DNA from: Neocallimastix sp. 'constans'
Taxonomy: Eukaryota
DNA: 64,000 nucleotides
Assembly: GCA_050613775.1 (NCBI GenBank)
Contig: JBODTK010000160.1
Span: forward strand, 310,001-374,000
Direction: 5' to 3'
Shown here: positions 28,255-39,519 of the stretch, piece after piece
How positions within the stretch are numbered: position 1 is the first letter of the stretch
Layout: the number at the start of each line of letters is the position of its first letter
Notes under the pieces: generated by a model
Database searches by the model: none
Told to the model about the DNA's origin: nothing
The model's input: the letters and a program-made list of their open reading frames with translations, nothing else
Made by a program: the position numbers and the translations under genes

Positions 28255-28498
28255 TTATTTTATTTTGTTTCCATTACTTTCTAATTTTCTAGCTTCATTA
28301 CTCTTTTTAATCTCTTCAGCAAAAAATTGGGTGTAAGAACCAACACAGATGTAGTAGTAAATCTAATTATTATTATTATATATATAAATATATAATATTA
28401 AAAAATAAAGGCAAAAAAAAAAAAAAAATTATTAATAATCAATTTTCATGAAAAAAAAAATATAAATATATACTTTCTTTTTATATCTATCTTAATTA

Positions 28499-28535
<37 letters not shown>

Positions 28536-29249
28536 TACTGCTAAACCATAAATAAAAAGGATAAAGAAAATAACTATTACGAATACTACTCTTTCTGAAT
28601 AGTCACCGATTATAGATGTACCATCGATGAATGTGGCTGCAAGTAATCCAATAGTAATTATTATTCCTTGAATAAAAAGTTTAACAAAGTATATAATAAT
28701 AAATTGTTCCATGAAGGATAATTTTCCCTATTTTAAAAAAAAAAAAAATTTTTTTTTTTTTATATAATTTTAAATATTATTTATTAATTATTTTATTTAA
28801 TAAAATATTTATATTTTCTTTTCCATAATTTTATACTAAACATTTTTTTTTTAATTGTTAAATATGTATAGAATACTATTTTATTCATACATTATATATT
28901 CCAATAGATAAGAAAATGAATGAAATAAATAAAGGAGCTATACAAGCAAATACCGCAACATCTACGAAAGAAAAAATTGTTATGATACCATATAACATCT
29001 ATAAAAAAAAAATAGTTTTATTGTTATTATATATCAGTAAATACCTTATTTTTTATTAAAAAAAAAAAAAAAAAATACAAATTTATGTTAACTTTTTCTA
29101 AGATTTTTTTTTTTTTATGTTAATATTGATTTAATATTTATAAATCAAACACTTACAGTCAATAACATGGTACAACCTTTAATGGCAGTATAAAAGTCCA
29201 CCCAGCAACAGCATAAACATCTGTTAATTTTTGGAAAACGAATACCCAT
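28255..29249 (-). CDS. Four-TM Cys-cluster membrane protein, paralog 5 (165 aa)
   Basis: Exons 29249-29157, 28998-28891, 28727-28539, 28362-28255; GT..AG, phase 0. MGIRFPKINRCLCCCWVDFYTAIKGCTMLLT / MLYGIITIFSFVDVAVFACIAPLFISFIFLSIGIYN / GKLSFMEQF...IYGLA / IYYYICVGSYTQFFAEEIKKSNEARKLESNGNKIK*. Confidence 0.93.
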
Positions 29250-29287
29250 TTTTCTTCTTTTTATATATATACATATGATTTAATAAT

Positions 29288-29329
<42 letters not shown>

Positions 29330-29497
29330 TATATATATATATATTGTTAATATTTTTTATTATAATTTATTTTATATTTTATTAAAAAATATATATTTTT
29401 TAATATATTTATTAATGTATTTATATTATTGTTTAATTTTAATGTTTTTTTTTTTAAAATTTTTTTAAAGAAAAAAAAAAAAAATATAAAAGGTTTT

Positions 29498-29570
29498 ATT
29501 CTCTTTTTATAGGTTTCACTTTATCACAGACATCCTTCAAAATGAAATTTTAATTTGAGTACTAATACAA
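29498..29570 (-). promoter_or_regulatory. Conserved upstream block with TATA-like element (copies upstream of paralogs 4-8)
   Basis: 'attctctttttataggtttcactttatca(c/t)..acatccttc..aatgaaattttaatttgagta.taata' occurs at ~29498, ~31631, ~33663 and ~35661 (partly deleted), with a diverged copy at ~18418. The minus strand reads CTATAAAAAGAGAAT, ~260 bp upstream of the ATG in paralogs 5-8. Confidence 0.55.
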
Positions 29571-30345
29571 GGCTACATACTATAGAAAAATCCATAAAAT
29601 CCATAAAAACTTTAAAAAATAATAATTTAAATAAATAAATTTGTAAAATAAGATATTAATATTAATAATTTATTAATATCTTATTTAAGTCTAATTTAAT
29701 TTAATTAAAAAGTAAATAAATAAAAATTTAATTATTTATTTATTTTTTTTTTTTTTATTTATTTACATAAATAGATAATAAAGAATAAACAATAAATAAT
29801 TAATAGGAAGTAATAATATGTAATAAATAATTATAATTATTAATATATAACTAATAATTAATGATAAAGAATAAAGAATAAAGAATAAAGAATAAAGAAT
29901 AAAGAATATAATAAATAATGAATAATAAATAATTGAATAATAAATAATAATTAATAATTAATAATTTATTGAATAATACTTATTTATTTTTTATTTTTTT
30001 TTTTTTAATGAATAAGGAATTCAATGAACATTAAAATATATATATAGATATATATTTAATTTTTTTTTTTTTTTTTTTTCATTAATTAAAATTTTATTTT
30101 TATTTTTATTATTATTAATTTCGTTTTGTTGTTACATAAATAGTATATATATATTTATACTTTTCTATTAATAATTTATATTTGTTAGTAATATATATAT
30201 ATATATTATATATATTTATTTTTTCTTTTTTTTTTTTATTTTATTAAAAAATTTCTATATTTTTTTATATATAATTTATTTTTTTTGTTTTATGTTTTAT
30301 GAATTTGAATTTTGTATTTGTTATTTTTTTTTTTTTTTGTATTTT

Positions 30346-30459
30346 TTATGATTTTATTTCGTTTTCATTACTTTCTAATTTTCTAGCTTCATTACTCTTT
30401 TCAATCTCTTCAGCAAAAAATTGGGTGTAAGAACCAACACAGATGTAGTAGTAAATCTA

Positions 30460-30498
<39 letters not shown>

Positions 30499-30847
30499 TA
30501 TATAATATTAAAAAATAAAGGCAAAAAAAAAAAAAATTTATTAATAATCAATTTTCATGAAAAAAAAAATATATATATATATATACTTCCTTTTTATATC
30601 TATCTTATTAATATAATAATAATAATAATAAAAAATTACTTCTAAACCATAAATTAAAAGGATAAAGAAAATAACTTTTACGAATACTATTCTTTCTGAA
30701 TTATAGGTACCGATTATATATCTACTATCGATGAATGTGGCTGCAAATAATCCAATAATAATTATTATTCCTTGAAAAAAAAGTTTAATAAAGTATACAA
30801 TAATAAATTGTTCCATGAAGGATAATTTTCCCTATTTTAAATAAAAA

Positions 30848-30903
<56 letters not shown>

Positions 30904-31382
30904 AAATATTATTTATTAATTATTTTATTTAATAAAATATTTATATTTTCTTTTCCATAATTTTATACTAAACATTTTTTTTAATTGTTAAATATGTATA
31001 AAATACTATTTTATTCATACATTATATATTCCAATAGTTAATAAAATGAATGAAATAAATAAAGGAGCTATACAAATAAATACGGGAACAATTGCGAAAG
31101 AAAAAAGCATTATGATACCATATAATATCTATAAAAAAAAATAGTTTTATTGTTATTATATATCAGTAAATACCTTATTTTTTATTAAAAAAAAAAAAAA
31201 AAAAATACAAATTTATGTTAACTTTTTCTAAGATTTTTTTTTTTTTTTTATGTTAATATTGATTTAATATTTATAAATCAAACACTTACAGTCAATAACA
31301 TGGTACAACCTTTAATGGCAGTATAAAAGTCCACCCAGCAACAGCATAAACATCTGTTAATTTTTGGAAAACGAATACCCAT
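30346..31382 (-). CDS. Four-TM Cys-cluster membrane protein, paralog 6 (167 aa)
   Basis: Exons 31382-31290, 31128-31021, 30831-30640, 30456-30346; GT..AG, phase 0. Exon 1 is identical to paralog 5; exon 4 reads IYYYICVGSYTQFFAEEIEKSNEARKLESNENEIKS*. Confidence 0.93.
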
Positions 31383-31420
31383 TTTTCTTCTTTTTATATA
31401 TATACATATGATTTAATAAT

Positions 31421-31463
<43 letters not shown>

Positions 31464-32436
31464 TATATATATATATATTGTTAATATTTTTTATTATAAT
31501 TTATTTTATATTTTATTAAAAAATATATATTTTTTAATATATTTTTTAATGTATTTATATTATTGTTTAATTTTAATGTTTTTTTTTTTTTTAAAATTTT
31601 TTTTAAAGGAAAAAAAAATATAAAAGGTTTTATTCTCTATTTATAGGTTTCACTTTATCACCGACATCCTTCAAAATGAAATTTTAATTTGAGTACTAAT
31701 ACAAGGCTACATACTATAGAAAAATCCATAAAATCCATAAAAACTTTAAAAAATAATAATTTAAATAAATAAATTTGTAAAATAAGATATTAATATTAAT
31801 AATTTATTAATATCTTATTTGAGCCTAATTTAATTTAATTAAAAAGTAAATAAATAAAAAAAATAAATAAATAAATAGATAATGAAGAATAAACAATAAA
31901 TAATTAAAAAGAAGTAATAATATATAATAAATAATTATAATTAATAAATAATATATAACTAATTATTAATGATAAAGAATAAAGAATATAATAAATTATG
32001 AATAATAAATAATTGAATAATAAATAATAATTAATAATTATTAATTAATTGAATAATACTTTTTTTATTTTTTTAATGAATAAGGAATTCAATGAACATT
32101 AAAATATATATTTATAGATATATATTTATTTATTTTTTTTTTTTTTCATTTTTAATTAAAATTTTATTTTTATTTTTATTTTTTATTATTATTAATTTCG
32201 TTTTGTTGTTACATAAATAGTATATATATATTTATACTTTTCTATTAATAATTTATATCTATTAGTAAAAAATATATATATATATATATATTTTTTTTCT
32301 TTTTTTCTTTTTTATTTTATTAAAAAATTTCTATACTTTTTTGCTTTTTTATATATAATTTATTTATTTTATTTTTTTGTTTTATGTTTTATGAATTAGA
32401 ATTTCGTATTTGTTATTTTTTTTTTTTTTGTATTTT

Positions 32437-32675
32437 TTATGATTTTATTTCGTTTTCATTACTTTCTAATTTTCTAGCTTCATTACTCTTTTCAATCTCT
32501 TCAGCAAAAAATTGGGTGTAAGAACCAACACAGATGTAGTAGTAAATCTAATTATATATATATAATATTAAAAAATAAAAACAAAAAAATTTTTTTTATT
32601 AATAAACATTTTTCATGAAATATATATATATATATATATATATTTCCTTTTTATATCTATCTTAAAACCAATATA

Positions 32676-32706
<31 letters not shown>

Positions 32707-33415
32707 ATTACTTCTAAACCATAAAATAAAAGGGGAATGAAAAAATTTATCATTAATAGTGTTCTTACTCCACTATTATGGGTTATATTTTTATTTTCGA
32801 TGAATAAAACAAGAAATAATGCAATAATAATTAATATTCCTTGAATAATAATTTTAATTAGGAATATATAGATAAATTGTTTCATGTAGGATAATTTTCC
32901 CTATTTAAAAAAAAAAAATTTTTTTTTTTATAATTTTAAATATTATTTATTAATTATTTTATTTAATAAAATATATACTTTTTCATTTTCATAATATTAT
33001 ACTAAATATTTTTTTTAATTATTAAATATGTATATAAAACTATTATATTTATACATTAAATACTCCAACAGTTAAGAAGATTAATGAAATAAATAAAGAA
33101 ACATAAATAATAAATGAGATAATATTTGATAAAGAATATATTACACTGATACCATATAACATCTATAAAAAAAATATTTTTATTGTTAGTATATATCAAA
33201 AAATACCTTATTTTTTATTAAAAAAAAAAAAAAATACAAATTTATGTTAACTTTTTCAAACTATGATTTATAAATATGAAATCATTATTATTATAAAAAA
33301 AAAAAAAAAATCTAACACTTACAGTTATTAAAATGGAACAAACTTTAATGGCAGTATCAAAGTCCATGCAGCAACAGCATAAACATCTGTTAATTTTTGG
33401 AAAATGAATATTCAT
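32437..33415 (-). CDS. Four-TM Cys-cluster membrane protein, paralog 7 (166 aa; apparent chimera)
   Basis: Exons 33415-33323, 33162-33055, 32900-32712, 32547-32437; GT..AG, phase 0. Starts MNIHFPKINRCLCCCCMDFDTAIKVCSILIT; exon 4 is identical to paralog 6. Confidence 0.93.
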
Positions 33416-33850
33416 TTTTTATATCTTTTTTTTTATTTTATATATGATTTAATAATTAAAATTTTAATTTTATTTTTTTTTTTTTTTTTTAAATTTTTAT
33501 ATATATTGTTAATATTTTTTATTATAATTTATTTTATATTTTATTAAAATATATATATATATATATTTTTAATATATTTTTTAACGTATTTTTATTACTG
33601 TTTATTTTAATGTTTTTTTAAAAATTTTTTAAAGAAAAAAAAAAAAAAATAAAAGGTTAATTTATTCTCTTTTTATAGGTTTCACTTTATTACCGACATC
33701 CTTCTAAATGAAATTTTAATTTGAGTAATAATACTAGACTATACTATAGAAAAATCCATAAAAACCTTAAAAAATAATAATTTAAATAAATAGATTTGTA
33801 AAATAATTTTTTAATATCTTATTTGATCCTAATTTAATTTAATTAAAAAG

Positions 33851-33886
<36 letters not shown>

Positions 33887-33922
33887 GAATAATTGAATAA
33901 TTCAAGAATAAATAATAAAATA

Positions 33923-33977
<55 letters not shown>

Positions 33978-34345
33978 CTTAAGAGTAAATAATAAATAAT
34001 AAATAATTAATGAAATATAATAAAAAATAAATTTATAATAATTGAATAATATACAGTTAAATAATAATTTGAATAAATAATAATAGATAATAAATAATAA
34101 TTAATTGAATAATATTTATTTAATTCCTCTTTCATTAAAAAAAAAAAAAAAATAAAAAAAATAAATGAGCATTAAAATATATATATATATATATTTTTTA
34201 TTTTTAATTAAAATTTTATTTTTATTATTATTAATTTTGTTTTGTTGTTACATAAATAGTATATATATATTTTATACTTTTTTATTAATAATTTATATTT
34301 ATTTTTTCTTTTTTTATTTTATTAAGAAAAAAATTTCTATACTTT

Positions 34346-34376
<31 letters not shown>

Positions 34377-34421
34377 TTTTGTTTTTTGTTTTGTGTTTTA
34401 TGAATTTGATTTTCGTATTTG

Positions 34422-35407
34422 CTATTTTTGTCGTGATTTTATTTCGTTTTCAGCACTTTCTAATTTTTTAGCTTCAATACTTCTTTCAAAATCTTCAACA
34501 AAAGATTGGATGTAAGAACCAACACAGATGTAGTAGTATAGCTAATTATTTATATATATAATATTAAAAAATAAAAACAAAAAAATTTTTTTTATTAATA
34601 AACATATTTCATGAAAAATATATGTATATATATATTTCCTTTTTATATCTATCTTAAAACCAATATAATAATAATAATAATAATATATTACTTCTAAACA
34701 ATAAAATATAAGGACAATGGCAATTATTATTATTAATAGTTTTCTTACTCCAACATCATGGGTTGTATTTTTATTTTTGACAAATAAAACAATAAATAAT
34801 GATATAATAAGTAATATTCCTATAATAATAAATTTAATTAGGAATACATAGATAAATTGTTTCATGTAGGATAATTTTCCCTATAATTTTTTTTTATAAT
34901 TTTAAATATTATTTAGTAACTATTTTATTTAATAAAATATATATATATTCATTTCCATTATTTTATACTAAATATTTTTTTTTTAATTATTAAATATGTA
35001 ATAGAAAACTATTATATTAATACTTTAAATACTCCAATAGTTAAGAAGATTAATGAAATAAATGAAGGAATATAAAAAATACATAAGATAAAATCTATTA
35101 AAGAATAAAGTGAACCGATACCATATAATACCTATAAAAAATATTTTTATTGTTAGTATATATCAATAAATACCTTATTTTTTATTAAAAAAAAAAAAAA
35201 AAAAAAATACAAATTTATGTTAATATTGGTTTAATATTTATAAATCATAGTTTGAAAAAGTTAACATTTATAAATATTAAACCAATATTAACATAAAAAA
35301 AATCTAACACTTACAGTTACTAAAATGGAACAAACTTTAATGGCAGTATCAAAATCCATGCAGCAACAGCAAAAACAAAAGTTAATTTTTGGAAAACGAA
35401 TACCCAT
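34422..35407 (-). CDS. Four-TM Cys-cluster membrane protein, paralog 8 (169 aa)
   Basis: Exons 35407-35315, 35131-35024, 34880-34692, 34541-34422; GT..AG, phase 0. MGIRFPKINFCFCCCCMDFDTAIKVCSILVT / VLYGIGSLYSLIDFILCIFYIPSFISLIFLTIGVFK / GKLSYMKQF...FYCLE / LYYYICVGSYIQSFVEDFERSIEAKKLESAENEIKSRQK*. Confidence 0.93.
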
Positions 35408-35959
35408 TTTTCTTATCTTTTTTTTTTTTTTTTTTTTCTATTTTATATATGATTAAATAATTAAAATTTTTATTTTATTTTATTTTATTTTTTTTTAATT
35501 TTTATATATATATTGTTAATATTTTTTTAACATATTTTTTATTATAATTTATTTTATATTTTATTAAAAAATATAAAATTTATATTTTTATTAATATTTA
35601 TTTCAATGTTTTTTTTTTTTAAAAAAAGTTTGCAAAAAAAAAAAATATAAAAGATTAATTTATTCTCTTTTTATAGGTTTCACTTTGTCATCGACATGTA
35701 CTAATGTTAAGCAATATAAAAAAATCCTTAAAAACCTTAAAAAATAATAATTTAAAAAAAAAAAAAATTTTGTAAATAATTTAAATATCTTATTTGAGCC
35801 TTATTAAAAAGTAAATAAATAATAAATAATAAATAATAAATAATAAATAATAAATAATAAATAATAAATTGAATAATAATTGAATAATAAATTGAATAAG
35901 TAATAATAAATAATAAATAATAAATAAAGTAGATTACATTAAAGTACCAAAAAAAAAAA

Positions 35960-36059
35960 ATATAAAATTAAATCAAAATTAATTACTACATTATATATTA
36001 TATGTACTACAGTATAATATATACAATGTACAATAATTAATTTTGATTTAATTTTATAT
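35960..36059. repeat. ~100 bp inverted repeat (hairpin)
   Basis: The arms TATAAAATTAAATCAAAATTAATTA (35961-35985) and TAATTAATTTTGATTTAATTTTATA (36034-36058) are perfect reverse complements. The inner sequence continues with imperfect pairing. Confidence 0.85.
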
Positions 36060-36589
36060 GATACAAAGTACAATTTTAAAATATACTATACAAACAAACA
36101 CTGATGGTATAGCAATAATATCCATTATTTTAATTATTTAATACATAATTATACAAAAAAATTTTTATTAGGAATTAACCTTTTTTAATATTACACAATA
36201 CTTGATTTTTTGACTAAACCATATTTAATATATTAAAATATTATAAAAAAAAAAGATACGACATAAAAGAAATTAAATTAAATTATATTGATAACATATA
36301 AACAATAGACAGTATTATATATGAATAATATATAATATAAATTAAAAATGAATATCGGGTAGTCTAGATATATTTATTATAATGTAATTGATAAAATATC
36401 AATAATATAATATAATATAATATAATATAATCTTTGATTTTATAAATAAAAAAAAAAGTAATAAAATAAAATAAAATACAACATCAAAATAAATAATAAT
36501 ATTAAAATGATTTTGATAATGAAAAGTGGTTTAATTATTTAAATATAAAATAAAATATTTGAATATATTTCTTAAATCATTTATTTTAT

Positions 36590-37405
36590 ATATATATTAT
36601 ATTATTTATTATTCCATTATTTATTTCTTATTCAATTATTTATTATTTATTAATAAATACTTTTTTTATTATTTATTATTTATTAATAAATACTCTTTTT
36701 ATTATTTATTATTCAATTATTTATTATTTATTATTTATTACTTATTATTTATTATTTATTACTTATTATTTATTATTTATTATTTATTATTTATTATTTA
36801 TTATTTATTATTTATTATTTATTATTTATTATTTATTATTTATTACTTATTACTTATTATTTATTATTTATTATTTATTATTTATTATTTATTACTTATT
36901 ACTTATTATTTATTATTTATTACTTATTATTTATTATTTATTTCTTATTATTTATTACTTATTATTTATTATTTATTATTTATTACTTATTATTTATTAT
37001 TTATTATTTATTACTTATTATTTATTATTTATTACTTATTATTTATTATTTATTATTTATTATTTATTACTTATTATTTATTATTTATTATTTATTATTT
37101 ATTACTTATTATTTATTATTTATTATTATTTATTATTCAATTATTTAATTATTATATTATTTATTATTTATTATTAATTATTTATTATTTATTATTTATT
37201 ACTTATTATTTATTATTTATTATTTATTACTTATTATTTATTATTTATTACTTATTATTTATTATTTATTATTTATTACTTATTATTTATTATTTATTAT
37301 TTATTACTTATTATTTATTATTTATTACTTATTATTTATTATTTATTATTTATTACTTATTATTTATTATTTATTATTTATTATTTATTATTTATTATTT
37401 ATTAG
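36590..37405. repeat. (TTTATTA/CTTATTA)n minisatellite
   Basis: ~800 bp 7-mer array; source of the spurious 288-aa IIYYLLF ORF. Confidence 0.92.
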
Positions 37406-38235
37406 ATATAATTATATATATATAATATTTTTTATTTTTTTTTTTAGTACTTCATTTTAATTCCTGATCTATATATATATTTTTTGTTGTGTCCTTGGTA
37501 TTTGTAACTGAATGAAAACTATATCTATTTAACTTTTATTTCATCTATTTATTTATTTATTTGTTTAATTTTTTTTTAAAAACAAAATAAATAAAAATAA
37601 AAGAAACAAACAAACAAAAAAAAAAAAAAAAAATTAAAAATAACCTTTTCAATACAAAACAGGATAAAAAAAAAAAAACACATATTATTTATAAAAATAA
37701 ATAAATAAAAAATAATAAATTAGATAAATTAATCAATAATAAAATAATGAAATATAAGTTTTTTTTTTTTTTTTTTTTTTTAAATATTAAATGCTAACTT
37801 TATACAGAATTAAATATTTCTGTATTAAATATTAAATTCTTTCCAAGTATGAAAATATACAGAGTTAAGTATCTTTGAATCGTATGCTTTCATGAATATT
37901 TCAATTGAATAATTTTATTAAAAAAACAATTTATAGTAAATAATTTTTATTATAAATAATTTTATTACAACTATTTTATCTTAAATAATTTCATTATCAT
38001 AATTATTCTATTATAAATAAATTTAAATAATTTCATTATATTCTCAAATTATAATAATTATTTTAATATTTAATATTTAATATTTAATATTTAATTTATT
38101 TATTATTTTATTAGTATTTTATTAGTATTTTGTTATTATATCTGTTTTTTTCTTTCATTATTATTTTTTTTTTATTATATATATACATATTTATATAAGC
38201 TTATTTGAAATACATAAGCTAGTTCCGGATCAGAA

Positions 38236-38244
38236 TTTCCCCTC
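38236..38244 (-). promoter_or_regulatory. Polypurine tract, followed by the putative 3' LTR start (TG at 38232-38231)
   Basis: The minus strand reads GAGGGGAAA-TTC-TGATCCGGAAC immediately downstream of the integrase end. Confidence 0.55.
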
Positions 38245-38275
38245 GTAACTATGGACTTCGTCCCTTGAAGTCTCA

Positions 38276-39330
38276 TTATGCCATGTGTAATAATGAATTA
38301 AGTTTTTTCTTATGTATATTTCCATTGACAATTTCATCAGCAACTGAGTCACATAATATTGCTGTATTAAATTCCATCTTGACAACTTTCATAGGTCCAA
38401 TATAATAAGGATCGAGTTTTTTGGGTGAAAAATTCCTAATGAAAACTATGTCTCCTTCATTCAAAAGTAGAATTTCATTGAATCGTTTTGTCTTTCGTCT
38501 ATTTTCCAAATAATTTATTAGTAATTATTAATGTTATTAGTAGCTTCTAAAATCCATCTCCAATGAATAGTAGATTTCCTAATTAAATATTCTTTTCTGT
38601 TGTTTCATGAATATGAATATGTCTATACATTTATATATAACGATAATTCGAAAGAATGAAGATCGGTTCCAGCATAAAGAAATACGAAACTACTAAATTT
38701 TTGAAATTTTACTTTTTTTTCATGTTCTAAGAGCCCAAAAGTGCCACTTGGTTAAAATTTTCATCCCCAATCTTTTGGATTGTTACCCAGTTAACCATAA
38801 ATATTTTTCCAATTTCGTGATTTCTTTTACAACTTGACCATTACTTTCGGGAGGATAGGTGCTTATATAATGCTCATAAACATCATATAAATCTAAGAAT
38901 CCTTTCGTTGTATCTGAAGTAAATTGGGGTCCATTATCCGTAATAATTAATACTTCTGGAATACCATGACGTGAAAATATTCTTGTTAAAAATTTCATTA
39001 CCTCTTTTGATTCCGTAGTTATAAGTAGTTCAGTTTCCACCCACCCACTTCATGAAATAATCAACAAGTACTCTAATATATTTATTTTTTGATTTGATTT
39101 CTGGGAGGGGACCAACGATATCTAGACCAACTCGACGACAAGAGGATTCTGGTATAGTAGCATGATTTTCAGTACCTATTATTTGTTGGGTTGAGGTCTA
39201 TTCAACTGGCACTGATGACATATTTTAACTAGAATTTCAACATCCTTATTCATATTTTCCCAATAGTAATTCCTTTTTAATCTATTATAGGTTTTTTTTT
39301 TTTTGAAAACCTTCATGTCCTACGTTATAC
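38276..39330 (-). pseudogene. Retrotransposon integrase (degenerate)
   Basis: HHCC remnant (GHEG...CHQCQ), catalytic core LDIVGP / ITDNGPQF / PESNGQV and C-terminal KLDPYYIGP. The ORF fragments 38783-39040 and 38276-38509 belong to it. Confidence 0.9.
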
Positions 39331-39519
39331 GCAGATAATAATCATTCAATTTTTTCTTCTTTATCATCCATAACTTTTCTTAATTTATTGTTTTCTTTAT
39401 AATTTAGTTACAATTTTTCTTTTAAGGAATTCTTTAATTGATTTTGCTTAAGTTTATTTCATTAGTATTATTGGTATCAACAGGATTCATAATTAGAATT
39501 TTTTGGATTTTCCTTTTTA

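Larger units (their letters stand above)
27990..35810. repeat. Four-unit tandem gene array (~2.0-2.1 kb period) containing paralogs 5-8
   Basis: Exon-4 acceptor positions are 28362, 30456, 32547 and 34541 (spacings 2094, 2091, 1994). Introns, UTRs and upstream blocks are alignable between units. Confidence 0.92.

Noticed and set aside
34165..34515. Plus-strand ORFs overlapping family exon 4 or introns (34165-34515, 30421-30645, 28089-28292, 9238-9423)
   Set aside because: Antisense to real exons/UTRs and dominated by low-complexity F/Y/I sequence.
36559..37425. 288-aa IIYYLLF-repeat ORF (likewise 54673-54855, 55150-55479, 62109-62351)
   Set aside because: Translations of (TTTATTA)n minisatellites.
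37400..38232. A defined 3' LTR with a matching 5' LTR
   Set aside because: No second copy could be located upstream of the PBS by eye, so LTR boundaries are not reported.
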